64,000 bases of DNA from Carpediemonas membranifera BICM (Eukaryota; Protista; Fornicata), in contig JAHDYR010000069.1 of the NCBI GenBank assembly GCA_019828565.1, forward strand, positions 248,001-312,000, given 5' to 3'. Positions 20,135 to 29,984 of this stretch are shown here, in pieces. A model generated the notes under the pieces. It worked only from the letters and a program-made list of their open reading frames with translations, had not been told where the DNA came from and made no database searches. How positions within the stretch are numbered: position 1 is the first letter of the stretch; every line of letters begins with the position of its first letter. The translations under genes and the position numbers were made by a program.

Positions 20135-20750
20135 TCACTTCTTCAAGTACTCTTCCCAGGACATAGTATACCTAGAGCTCTGGTACCTCACCGTCTCGAT
20201 CTTCGCGAGCAGGGCATCCCACGCCTCTGTGCCAGGGGTGAGCGGGGCTCGGTACCCAGCCTTGCGGATGAGGTGCTGGAGCGTGGTTTCCCTGTCCCAA
20301 CCCTGCTCGAAAGCTACTTCCTGTGTGAGAAACTGTGCTGAGGAGACAAACGGGGAGGAAAACTGCACTGTAGCCGTCCCACTTGATGATGATGCCGTGG
20401 GTGCCCACCGCCCAGTCAAGCGGGTTCTCGCACTTCTCATACTTCACGAGAAGAGAGACGCAGACCTCGAGGCTCGGAAGTTCGCTTGGGGTGATGGGGT
20501 TGAAGCGATGGTCCTGAGTGCCGGCGATAACTGCATACTGCGGGATTCCATCCTTGATGGAGAGGCCTGAGAGATTCCCAATGCAACCACGGAGATCGCT
20601 GCGGCCGTCGACGAGCTTATGCCATGTGACGAACAGAGGACACGTGTGGTCTTCGTAGTTCTGCCGAATTGGGATCTTTTTCTCAACGGCGGAACGGAGG
20701 GCATCAAATGCGGTGATGCAATGATTTTCGTTTGCTGCAATGTCGGCCAT
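20135..20750 (-). CDS. AMMECR1: AMMECR1-domain protein, one intron (20321-20351)
   Basis: PLFVTW, LRGCIG and DHRFNPI motifs. Removing the 31-nt intron GTTTGT...CTCACACAG joins AVFLP|EVAFEQGWD across the two ORF frames. Confidence 0.9.
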
Positions 20751-20844
20751 GTGTTTGCTACAGATGACATGACATAAAATGCACCGCTAATTACACTCAG
20801 CTACGGGCAGTAGCAGGCTATTTGGGCACTCTCCGCAGTCAGAC

Positions 20845-22338
20845 ATGCTCTGGCAAGACACAGTAGACCGTATCATTTTTTCGGGAAAAAACTCGCGAGA
20901 ACTATCAATGGCCGCACAGCTGGGAACGCAGGGCCCCTCAGAGAACAACCCTGCTTTCAACATACCAGACTATAGCATGGGACCTCCAGAATCCGATGAG
21001 GAGGAACCAGGAGTTCTTTCTTTGCACGAATTGGACCGAGCATCGCCACCTCAGTCGGTTGCTGGGTTCTCCTCAACGATGCCGCGTGATATTGCACGTT
21101 CATACATGACTAGAGCTACTCCCGACGACATCTCCTCCAAGATGTACTTCAAGACGCTTGATACCGAAAACCGGTTGTTACGGACGCAGCTGGGACGGTA
21201 CAGGAGCGTTGAGGGCGAGTACCACCAGCAGCTAGAGGCAGAGAAGACCGCTCATGCACAGACCAAGCGGGAATACGAGGCGAAACACACCCGCGCCGTG
21301 CGTACTCTCGAGCGGCGTGTTCAAGAGTCGGAGAGCGCCGCTTCAACACGGATCGCAGAGCTTGAGGCTGAGGTGAGTCGTCTGAACGAAGCACTGGCAG
21401 AGCAGCGGGACCAGAGGGGCCAGACTGAGGCCTCGCTCCAGACAAACGCCTCGACGATCTCCGACTGCACCAAGCTGGCTCTCGCCCTGACTGACGGCGT
21501 GCGTGCACTCCAGCGCGAGACCCTGCCCTCCTTCAACCCAGCCAGCGTCAACCCCGCCCCGCTCGTCGAGTTGGCCGACTCATCATCCGACTCTGACTTT
21601 GCCCGAGTCATGGTGAATCTGTCACAGTCGCTGGGTCTGCTGAAGCTGACTGTTGAGACGAAGATCAAGACGGGGGTTATTATCCGGGATCAGATTCGGG
21701 AAGATTTGAAGACTGCTCAAAAGGCGGAGACTTCTGTCAGGGCGGAGCTCACTTCTGCCAAGGAGAAGACAGTCGCATTGTGTGCGAAACACGACGCAGA
21801 CAAGCGGCAGTTTCAGACCGAATTTGAGCAGCTTACGCGTCTTTACGAGCGGGATCGGGTTGCGATGGCCAAGGAGCTGAGGAAAGCGACAGAGGAGCTT
21901 GAAGCAGCAACAGCAGCAAAGGACGATGCCGTACGCGATGCAAACGAGGCTATGGCCAAGACTGAGCGGGTCAAGTCCGAGATGGAAGCTCTCACAGTCT
22001 CCCACGAGGGCGACAGCGGCGCCAGGGCCCGTCTACTGGCCGAGCTAGATTCCACGCGTGCCCAGAGAGACAAGCTACAGCTAGAGATCAACGGCCTGAA
22101 ATCTTCCCAGAAGTATTCGCACACCGGCAGCCGCGGGCTCGAAGACATGGTCGACCGGCTCAATAGACAGGTGACTACGCTGACAGAAGACAATGCGAGG
22201 CTGGCCGAGGCTGCCAAGGGGCTCAGGCTCGCTAGGCGGCGGGAGGCGAGTGCGAGGTCCTCGGGGGCGTTTATGTGCCGCGGAGACGAGGACGAGATGG
22301 CCGCGAGGATGCTGACCGAGACTCTCAGGAGCCGCTAA
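20845..22338 (+). CDS. Long coiled-coil protein
   Basis: 497-aa E/R/K/A-rich ORF with a heptad pattern. Confidence 0.65.
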   Translation: MLWQDTVDRIIFSGKNSRELSMAAQLGTQGPSENNPAFNIPDYSMGPPESDEEEPGVLSLHELDRASPPQSVAGFSSTMPRDIARSYMTRATPDDISSKMYFKTLDTENRLLRTQLGRYRSVEGEYHQQLEAEKTAHAQTKREYEAKHTRAVRTLERRVQESESAASTRIAELEAEVSRLNEALAEQRDQRGQTEASLQTNASTISDCTKLALALTDGVRALQRETLPSFNPASVNPAPLVELADSSSDSDFARVMVNLSQSLGLLKLTVETKIKTGVIIRDQIREDLKTAQKAETSVRAELTSAKEKTVALCAKHDADKRQFQTEFEQLTRLYERDRVAMAKELRKATEELEAATAAKDDAVRDANEAMAKTERVKSEMEALTVSHEGDSGARARLLAELDSTRAQRDKLQLEINGLKSSQKYSHTGSRGLEDMVDRLNRQVTTLTEDNARLAEAAKGLRLARRREASARSSGAFMCRGDEDEMAARMLTETLRSR

Positions 22339-22449
22339 TGTAACATGTAACATACTGTAATAAACCATTCTTTCCCTGGCTGAGACCCTGCCCGTGATCA
22401 TAAACTTTACTGCCTTCCTCGGTTCTCTTCCTGACTTCTGTCCAATAAC

Positions 22450-23706
22450 TTATTGATACGGGAGAAAAACGTGCTGGCCGCCCGGCATGGCCTGGATTAC
22501 GCCCTCCGCCGTCGGGTAACAGAGCAGTCCTGTTTGGGGATGGATGAAGGGGAAGCCGACCGGGGCGACTTGGGTCACCCTTCCCTGGGGAGGCATCGGT
22601 GCGGCTGTGGCTTGGGTGAAAACAGAGGGCACGACGCTGTCCTTCTCGTCCTCCTCCTCGAAGATCTCTGAGGGAATAGCAGACAGGATGGCGTGGGGCG
22701 AGGGGACGTTGGCCTCGGCAACGGACGCAACAGAGGTGGACCTAGACCTGCCGTCGGCCGGTGTGGTCGCTGCCGACCAGCCGAGGTGGCCCAGAGGGAG
22801 CTGGGGAGACATAGCAGGCATTACCTGGGGCACGAGCGTCGCGTACTGTATGTGGGGCGACTGCTGGGGCCTTGTGTGTTGCTGGAAGCGGTTCCATATC
22901 GTGTTCCCCAGGTGACGGGCGAGCTGGGCCTTTGAGTGCTCGAGGGCAACGTCGTAGTGCTCGACTGGACCGTCGAGCTGGGCGAGTCGGATTATCTTGC
23001 TGACAAACTTGTGGTTTTTGTTGGGAGTGGAAGGCTCAAACACCTCTGGGTCTCCAGACCTGCTCGATGACCGGAAGATGTGGATAGGGAGGCCGTAGCA
23101 GTCGAGCGCTGCCTGTAGGAACAGCAGACGGACCACAGGAGCTGTGTGGACAGGGTCCCGAAGCATGCTGACGTATTCCCGAAGCGTTCCCGGCATCTGG
23201 AAGTACGCGTTGACAAGAGTCGAGGCCTCGAGGTACAGAGGCTCGTACGTGGCTTCGTTAGCTGAGATTTGGGCGAGCAACTCGGTCTTGACCAGGCGGT
23301 GGGCGCATTGGGAGCCGTACACTGCTTCGGCGACGGCCCTGTAGAAAGAGGAGAAGTTCGGCTGGGTGTATCTGCGCCAGAACCCGATCCTTTCGAAGAG
23401 GCTGTCCAGTTTCCGGCCCTCTGTCTTGATAAACTGGGGGGAGACGCGTGATGAGCTTCTGTGCTGGCGTCCGCCGGCGCGAATAGCGTATGTACCAATC
23501 TCAGCGCGTTCTGCAGACAGAGATGTGTGGTTAGCGGATCCGTTTGCGCCATTCTGCTGCCGTTGCTGTTGTTCGGCAATGAAAGCCTCAGAAATTGAAC
23601 GTATTGCGTTGCCCCGTTGTTGCTGTTGATCAGCCAAGTATGCTTCATTGATCATTAGAGACGGTTCTGCGCCGGATCCATTTGTATTAGCAGGGCCAGT
23701 TTGCAT
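22450..23706 (-). CDS. OTU-domain protein (OTUD4/5-like), catalytic Cys apparently replaced
   Basis: PNFSSFYRAVAEAVYGSQCAHRLVK and EHYDVAL match the OTU Cys-box and His-box; Gln/Pro-rich tails. Confidence 0.7.
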   Translation of the reverse strand: MQTGPANTNGSGAEPSLMINEAYLADQQQQRGNAIRSISEAFIAEQQQRQQNGANGSANHTSLSAERAEIGTYAIRAGGRQHRSSSRVSPQFIKTEGRKLDSLFERIGFWRRYTQPNFSSFYRAVAEAVYGSQCAHRLVKTELLAQISANEATYEPLYLEASTLVNAYFQMPGTLREYVSMLRDPVHTAPVVRLLFLQAALDCYGLPIHIFRSSSRSGDPEVFEPSTPNKNHKFVSKIIRLAQLDGPVEHYDVALEHSKAQLARHLGNTIWNRFQQHTRPQQSPHIQYATLVPQVMPAMSPQLPLGHLGWSAATTPADGRSRSTSVASVAEANVPSPHAILSAIPSEIFEEEDEKDSVVPSVFTQATAAPMPPQGRVTQVAPVGFPFIHPQTGLLCYPTAEGVIQAMPGGQHVFLPYQ

Positions 23707-24194
23707 TAAGGTTTAACGGTTCGTTTTGCCATAGACTGCTCGGCAGGCCAGAACGAAAACCCAGCCGCCACGGGCCAGGCTATCATGAATATACCGACCC
23801 AACCTATGGCAAAGCGTCTGATCTTCCAATATATTCCATTTTTTCGATCCGATAACGGCTAAGCTGCTAATCTGGGGATGCATTTGAATGAGTCACCCCC
23901 GGTGTGCAAGAGGTCGGAAACGAAGGATTTCGGTACATTAGCCTCTAAACTTGCCTGGGATGCATGGTTGCTCGATATGCGATGGTTAAACGCATTGGAA
24001 ATGAGCTTTCGTATCTCTGGCGGCAGTGAAAGGTATGAATTTTGATCAGCCTGCATCAAACGACAGGGTGCAAGATGCCGACTCACCACTACCTTACGAA
24101 CCCGTGATGAGATCAGACGATCCTTGATCTCGCCTCAATCTGCTGATGCAGTGAGTGTCGAAACGCGCTGTGAACACAAACCTCGCCGCCACGC

Positions 24195-26957
24195 ATGAAT
24201 GAGCTGTCTTTACAGCTTGAAGCAGTCAATACGATGTTCTTTCCCACTTGTGTTCATGCCGGGCCCGAGTTTGTGGCCATAGGCACGAGAAAAGGCAAAT
24301 GCATCGTCTTCTCACGAGCAACGCAAAGAATACACTCAATATTCACCGCAAAGAAGGTGTTTGGCCCAGTTGAGTTCATCGCTGTGTGCGATTATGCCAT
24401 ATTCTTTGTCGTCGACAGGCGGATTGTCGGTTTCTCCCTCGCTGACGGCCTTAGTCTATTCGACATCTGTCTCGACACAGTAGCAGATGCATCCCCAATC
24501 CGCGCCTGGCACCAAACTGGCCACCACGTCGTTGCCGCTACAGATGGGTCCATTCTTCACATCACTAGAGAAGGACCCGCACTGTTGTCGGCGACAGAGG
24601 CCGTCGTTGTTGGCTTCACCCACAGAGATGAACCGGTGAAGTCCACGGACTCCTTTACACCAGAGTTATCCCCTCATCAGGCTTGGCCCATCGTGGACGG
24701 GCTGGTTGGCAGAAGCGGGGCGACTGTCATGGTGGTCGAAGGGACGGGTAGACGCATTGTGACAGGCAGGATGGTTGTCAATGAACCGATTCTCACAGTA
24801 TATCGAGATCCTGGCGGTCGTATCTTTGTTCGAACCCGCAGTAAGAGATATTGCCTTACTTCTCAGGCTGTGGAGGATGCACCAACTGCCATCGTTGCTT
24901 GCTATTGTGGATCAGAGCTGACGGTCACACCAAGTCAGATTTCAATAGGATCTCATATCTTTTCGAATCTTCCCGATTTATGGGGGCTACCAGGTCAATC
25001 ACCAGCCCTTGCGGTCGGGCCACACTTCGACATTGTCACTGCGTACGTTTCTGACGGTGCAGCAATCATTACAGGCGCTACTGGTGGTACAACAATCTCA
25101 TTAGAGGGGGCGGCGCTCGTTGCCATGCACATTTCTGATGACAACCTCATCGTTGCGGTCGCATCTGACTCAATCGTGACTCTGAATCTGATAGCACCAG
25201 ATTGGCGCATCACGGAGCTTTCATCCATCTCTCTTCCCAGCCTGCCCGATCGCCTAGCTCTCTCCGAGGACGCCACGGTCGGCATGACTGCCTTGTGCTA
25301 CGAGACCAAGGGCATTCTCTCCATCGTCCTCGTCTCTTTCGGTAACCCGAGTCCCGTCTTCCAAGTGTTCACCGGACCCATAGCGTCCACTGTCTTTGGA
25401 GCGCCAGGATTGGTCGTCCAGCAGGGGAGCGCCACCGACCTCTTCACTGGCACGAGAAGTCCGTTCACTGCGATGAAACAGACGCAGGCAACAAGCACAG
25501 CGTCCCCAATGACCATGGCCGGCCACGTACTACGTCTTGAGATCCATGCAATGGCACTTCACATGGCAATGAAAAATCAAGGGCTCGCCTCAATCTTAAC
25601 TGAAGCCCTCACTGGTGTCGGCCCCTCCACCCTCGGCGTCCGCATCCCCTCGGAGCACGGCGCCCTCACACTATCCCCAGACGCCACAAGTCGATGTGCA
25701 GTTTATGGCACAGGACCATCAGCGGCGGTTACAATGATAGAGTATACCGCGAGGGCTCTAGGATGCTGGGGATCACGGGAGACCCGACCTTCCCGCACCG
25801 CCCTTCTCCTCGCCCAAGCCATGGCCCGGGCCCACAAGCTCCCCGCCCTGCCTGGGAACTCTCGGACGAACCCCTTGGGCACTGCTGGTGCTAAGATGCT
25901 TTCAGCCACGCCTGTGGACGCTACAGTGGTCTCCACACTCAGTGAGCAGCTTCCAAACCAGGTGGACTCCCGCCACACTGCTTTCACCTGCAACGAGCCG
26001 ATGCTTCAGCAGGACGGGACCCTAGGCCATGTCTCATGCGACCTCCGCGGCGTTCTCATGTTCCTCGGCCACGCGGCTATGGTCTGCCCCGACATACAGC
26101 TGAGCCCGAGGGCAGCAAGGCTGCTCCTTGCGCACGTTATGGCGTGGACAGCCGAAGAGGGGTTTGGCGGGAGAGGGCCCACTGCCACGCCAGAAGGGGA
26201 AGGCCGAGGCTCAGAGGCAATGCTTTCCTCCGTAGCCATGCTCTTTCTCAAGTTCATCGGCGAGTCATACGAAGACTGCGCCGAGGCCTTCAGTCATGAG
26301 GACACCACCGCTCTGGTCGACACTCTCTTGCGTGCTGTGATCGACCCTGCTAGCACCGGTAATATCGAGGAGAAGTCGGTGCAGTTTAATGCACACGCCC
26401 GCATTATCCTGCCAATGATCGCGGCAGTGACGCCAGCGCCATTCGTCGACCATCTGACAGTCCTTGCCGCTCTAGCTGCGAAGTCCTCGCATGTGAGGAT
26501 TCCTGCTGCCTTTGTTCTCAAGAGCACTCTTGTGCTTGAAGCCTTGGCCACCGTTCCAAGCTCCTCACCGCTTCCAGCGTTTGAATGCATATCCGCAGTC
26601 ATGACACTACAGGCCTCGAAGCTGCACCAGTCCCTGAACAAGTCGATTAGACGCACTGTCAAGGCAGCTCTCAACCAACCAACTGTCACGCTCAGTGCTG
26701 ACGGCAGAAGAGTCGCCGCGGCAGACTGTACACTCGCCGCAGTATGGCGCGTGACCACTGGAAAGCGCTCTCACGTCGTCCCTATCCCGGGTCTGCCCGA
26801 CATGCTCGAGCTCGCTCCGGACGGGTCTGCTCTCGCTGTTAGATGGGGCGCGCTGTCGGCCGTGTGGAAGCTGATGAGCAGAGGCCGCGTGGAGCAGGCT
26901 TGGATGGGGACGGGGGCGCCGGTCTGGTCGGGCGCGGAGTTTGTTCAACAAGTGTAG
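24195..26957 (+). CDS. Divergent beta-propeller/helical protein, possibly WDR7 (rabconnectin-3 beta)-like
   Basis: Beta-rich N-terminal half, helical middle and C-terminal WD blades (LSADGRRVAAA...VWRVTTGK; LELAPDGSALAV). Confidence 0.45.
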   Translation: MNELSLQLEAVNTMFFPTCVHAGPEFVAIGTRKGKCIVFSRATQRIHSIFTAKKVFGPVEFIAVCDYAIFFVVDRRIVGFSLADGLSLFDICLDTVADASPIRAWHQTGHHVVAATDGSILHITREGPALLSATEAVVVGFTHRDEPVKSTDSFTPELSPHQAWPIVDGLVGRSGATVMVVEGTGRRIVTGRMVVNEPILTVYRDPGGRIFVRTRSKRYCLTSQAVEDAPTAIVACYCGSELTVTPSQISIGSHIFSNLPDLWGLPGQSPALAVGPHFDIVTAYVSDGAAIITGATGGTTISLEGAALVAMHISDDNLIVAVASDSIVTLNLIAPDWRITELSSISLPSLPDRLALSEDATVGMTALCYETKGILSIVLVSFGNPSPVFQVFTGPIASTVFGAPGLVVQQGSATDLFTGTRSPFTAMKQTQATSTASPMTMAGHVLRLEIHAMALHMAMKNQGLASILTEALTGVGPSTLGVRIPSEHGALTLSPDATSRCAVYGTGPSAAVTMIEYTARALGCWGSRETRPSRTALLLAQAMARAHKLPALPGNSRTNPLGTAGAKMLSATPVDATVVSTLSEQLPNQVDSRHTAFTCNEPMLQQDGTLGHVSCDLRGVLMFLGHAAMVCPDIQLSPRAARLLLAHVMAWTAEEGFGGRGPTATPEGEGRGSEAMLSSVAMLFLKFIGESYEDCAEAFSHEDTTALVDTLLRAVIDPASTGNIEEKSVQFNAHARIILPMIAAVTPAPFVDHLTVLAALAAKSSHVRIPAAFVLKSTLVLEALATVPSSSPLPAFECISAVMTLQASKLHQSLNKSIRRTVKAALNQPTVTLSADGRRVAAADCTLAAVWRVTTGKRSHVVPIPGLPDMLELAPDGSALAVRWGALSAVWKLMSRGRVEQAWMGTGAPVWSGAEFVQQV

Positions 26958-27013
26958 GGCGAGTTTTTTATTATTTTATTAATATCAGCGTATAAAAACG
27001 TGTGGGAGATTAA

Positions 27014-28783
27014 TTAACTTTGTGTTGTGTTGTGTGTGTTGATATACTGGACTGGGAAGACAGCTTCCATGTCAGCCTCGCATATCACCGTATCAAGCTG
27101 CACGGCCCGCTCATCTCGGTGCATTCTGAACCAATCGCCGAGATCACTGTGGAAGAACACAAGATCGTCGTCGTATCCATATCCGATCTTATCAATCTCG
27201 AAATCGAATTCCATCCTGCTATAATTAAAGCTTCCGTGAACCCAGGTCGAGTGCCCTTCGCTGACCCACAGTAAGTCATTAACATGAGCTGACAGACGCT
27301 TGACGGGGCAAGGGAAGGTGAGAGCAGTTGCTGTGGTACACGAGTCGCCTCGGCTAGACCCTGGAAGCAGGGCGCTTGAGGCGATGTGCTCTGGGACCAA
27401 GCCTGAGAAGAGGAACGTGGAACCGCTTTGAAAGATGGTACACAGCCCTGTTGTCACGACTTGGTCGATACGGAATGGAGCCTCGACAAAATCTGTCGGG
27501 AGTCTGTCGTTCTGGCTGCTGATACTGTTCGTATGCCCGAGTCCCAGCTGACCATGCGTGTTTGAACCGGAAATCATCTGCCGATCGCCCATTGATAAGA
27601 CGGTCAGGTTTGGGAAAGATAGGATGTTGTCGTAAGGGACAAATGACTTAGGCAAGTCGACCCAGAACAGTGTGAGCGGAAATGACCTAAAAATGCCAAA
27701 GAATGCGAGGGAGAGTGTGTCGGAGTTTCTCCCGACAACGAGCCCGACCGGCGTGAGTATAAACAAGTATGCCCCAAACTTCACCCAGACCACCAGCTTA
27801 TGCTTCTCCCATGGCCCTAGGCCCTTTTCATACGCTGCAACGTCTGGGCATTTGTCGAGCGACACCCTTCTGGGTCGAGACAGAACATACTCAATGTCGA
27901 GCTCCGGCATGACCATAAAGGCTGGAATATCGTCCAACGAATAGACGCCCTTGGCTGTGACAATGACGTTGTGACTGATGCCGTCGGAGTGCACGTCTAC
28001 AATCGGGGGCACTCGTACCCTAATCATCTTAGCGTCTGCATCCAGGTCGGGTCCGATCTCCTTGTAGAACATGCGGCCGGCATACGTCATGCGTATGGTG
28101 AAAGCATGCAAGTTTGTGGTGTAGATGCAGGCTGTTTCATCCTGGTCCTTCTCGGCCACGTGCTGCGTGAAGAAAAACTTCTTGCATAAAAACCAGTGTT
28201 CTCTGGCGCCAGGAAGGAAGTACTTGCCGCTATTGAGGCGCTGTCTCGTCATTCTGGCAGACGATGGAGGGATTGCCAACCGGGGATTCGCCCCCGCTTC
28301 CATTAATAAGGCCCAGATCGTGCCCTGGAGCAGGGTGTAGACCGTCTCTGGAAGCTGCTCGTCTGCTTTGAGTGGGATGTTCATGCTCAGCTGCGGGCCG
28401 GCAGATAGGACGTCAACAACCTTGTCGAGGAGATCCTGTGCTTCGGGTCGCAGCGATGGAACTGCGTCGAGCATCTCGCTCAGGCTCTCGGCTGTTGATA
28501 ACATATCTAATTCTGCTGATGCTTCCGCTGTTGGTTTCTTAGGCATATTGCGCCCGAAATGGAGGAAGTACGTCTTTGCGATTAAAGACGGGATGTCTCC
28601 GGGCATTTCATCCGAGACACGCAATGCCGCCGCATATGCTGCCATTAGGGAGGTCCGTATTTCCTTGGTCGCCATCAAGTCCCAGGTATCTGTGGTCGTG
28701 TTGTTTGACAACGACCCAATCGACTCCAGGTGAGTCGAACAAGCAGGCACTGACCAAGTTGGAGGGGAGATCTGCTCTCCCAC
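27014..28783 (-). CDS. RCC1/BLIP-II-like repeat protein
   Basis: MISGSNTHGQLGLGH RCC1 signature. The 5' end is uncertain (first ATG at 28675). Confidence 0.6.
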   Translation of the reverse strand: MGEQISPPTWSVPACSTHLESIGSLSNNTTTDTWDLMATKEIRTSLMAAYAAALRVSDEMPGDIPSLIAKTYFLHFGRNMPKKPTAEASAELDMLSTAESLSEMLDAVPSLRPEAQDLLDKVVDVLSAGPQLSMNIPLKADEQLPETVYTLLQGTIWALLMEAGANPRLAIPPSSARMTRQRLNSGKYFLPGAREHWFLCKKFFFTQHVAEKDQDETACIYTTNLHAFTIRMTYAGRMFYKEIGPDLDADAKMIRVRVPPIVDVHSDGISHNVIVTAKGVYSLDDIPAFMVMPELDIEYVLSRPRRVSLDKCPDVAAYEKGLGPWEKHKLVVWVKFGAYLFILTPVGLVVGRNSDTLSLAFFGIFRSFPLTLFWVDLPKSFVPYDNILSFPNLTVLSMGDRQMISGSNTHGQLGLGHTNSISSQNDRLPTDFVEAPFRIDQVVTTGLCTIFQSGSTFLFSGLVPEHIASSALLPGSSRGDSCTTATALTFPCPVKRLSAHVNDLLWVSEGHSTWVHGSFNYSRMEFDFEIDKIGYGYDDDLVFFHSDLGDWFRMHRDERAVQLDTVICEADMEAVFPVQYINTHNTTQS

Positions 28784-28941
28784 AGCACACGGAATGGTCT
28801 TTTAGTGCTCGTTCTCGAGGCAGGCTCGCGCATAAACTGCGAAGCTATTTTGATTCTCTCAAATTCTATTCCGGTGTTGACACGGCCAACCCAGCCATCT
28901 GGGTAGTTGGCAACTGCTTCTAGCATCTGCATCGCGATTAT

Positions 28942-29787
28942 TTACAGATACGGGGCGTTGCCCTCGTTATCGTTCCCGGAGCCGGGTGGTGCCATCGGGG
29001 GTGCATTCTGCTGTGCCTGTTGCTGTGCCTGCTGCTCAGCCTCTCTGCGCTCCCTTTCCTTCTTGTTCGCGCTCGAGGCCAGTGCCGCGCCAATCAGTCC
29101 AGCCCCGAGCCCGCCCATGTACACGCCGGGGCCGCCCACCACGATGCTGGGGCCAAAGCCGTATGTGACGACCGGAGCAGCCACTACTGGTGTGATGCCG
29201 ATGTTGATGTTAGTCCTCTTGGGCGCCTGCTGCGGCTTGGGTTTGGCTTGCTGCACCTGCTTCAGGGGTGTCTGCTGGTACGGGGAATCGGCGCTGTACT
29301 GCGCGTCCTTGTTGGTCTGGCTGTAGTGAAGAGGGTTGCTCGCATTGCTCTCCGGAGCCTTGGCCTTGGGTTGCTTTTGTTTCCTTTCACTCGAGGATTG
29401 GACCTTGGCGCCGCCCTTGCCTGGTTCCTTGTCCTTGGAGTCCTTCATAAAGTAGCGAAGTAGCATAATGAAGCCGAAAATGAGGGCGGCGATGATTGCA
29501 ATGATAACAATGACCACAACGACCATGAACAGCAGATAGAGAATGACGCCCACGACAGGAAGGAGGAAACTCGCGGCAATGATCACTAGTGTGATGAAAA
29601 GAGTGAACAGAATAGATCCGAACGTCACGAGAAGGCCTGCAATAGCGGAATCGTCCCCATATGACTCGATAGCGGCAGAATCATCGGCTTCGGCAAAAAC
29701 CACGCCAAGAACAAGTCCAACAACCACAAAACTGAGCAAGAAACGGGTTGAGGAGGCAGCGGTGTGCCAATTCATCGGTGGATCCAA
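28942..29787 (-). CDS. Membrane protein with signal peptide, long hydrophobic block and Gln/Pro-rich tail
   Basis: Hydrophobic segments at aa ~15-32 and ~50-110, then a low-complexity C-terminus. Confidence 0.6.
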   Translation of the reverse strand: MDPPMNWHTAASSTRFLLSFVVVGLVLGVVFAEADDSAAIESYGDDSAIAGLLVTFGSILFTLFITLVIIAASFLLPVVGVILYLLFMVVVVIVIIAIIAALIFGFIMLLRYFMKDSKDKEPGKGGAKVQSSSERKQKQPKAKAPESNASNPLHYSQTNKDAQYSADSPYQQTPLKQVQQAKPKPQQAPKRTNINIGITPVVAAPVVTYGFGPSIVVGGPGVYMGGLGAGLIGAALASSANKKERERREAEQQAQQQAQQNAPPMAPPGSGNDNEGNAPYL

Positions 29788-29984
29788 AATGAACCTCCCT
29801 TAAAGTGCACCATCTCAATCTCCCAGGGTGATCCATCTGGGAAGCAAACAGCCACGATCAACGCCACTCAAGCCTCTCCTTACCCTGGAGAGCACAGAAA
29901 ACGTCGGCTTGGCTCTTGGCAGCAGGTTTAAGCACGGACAATCTCACCAGCTCTGGCCCTATCCAACAGCACGCCAGCCAAGCT

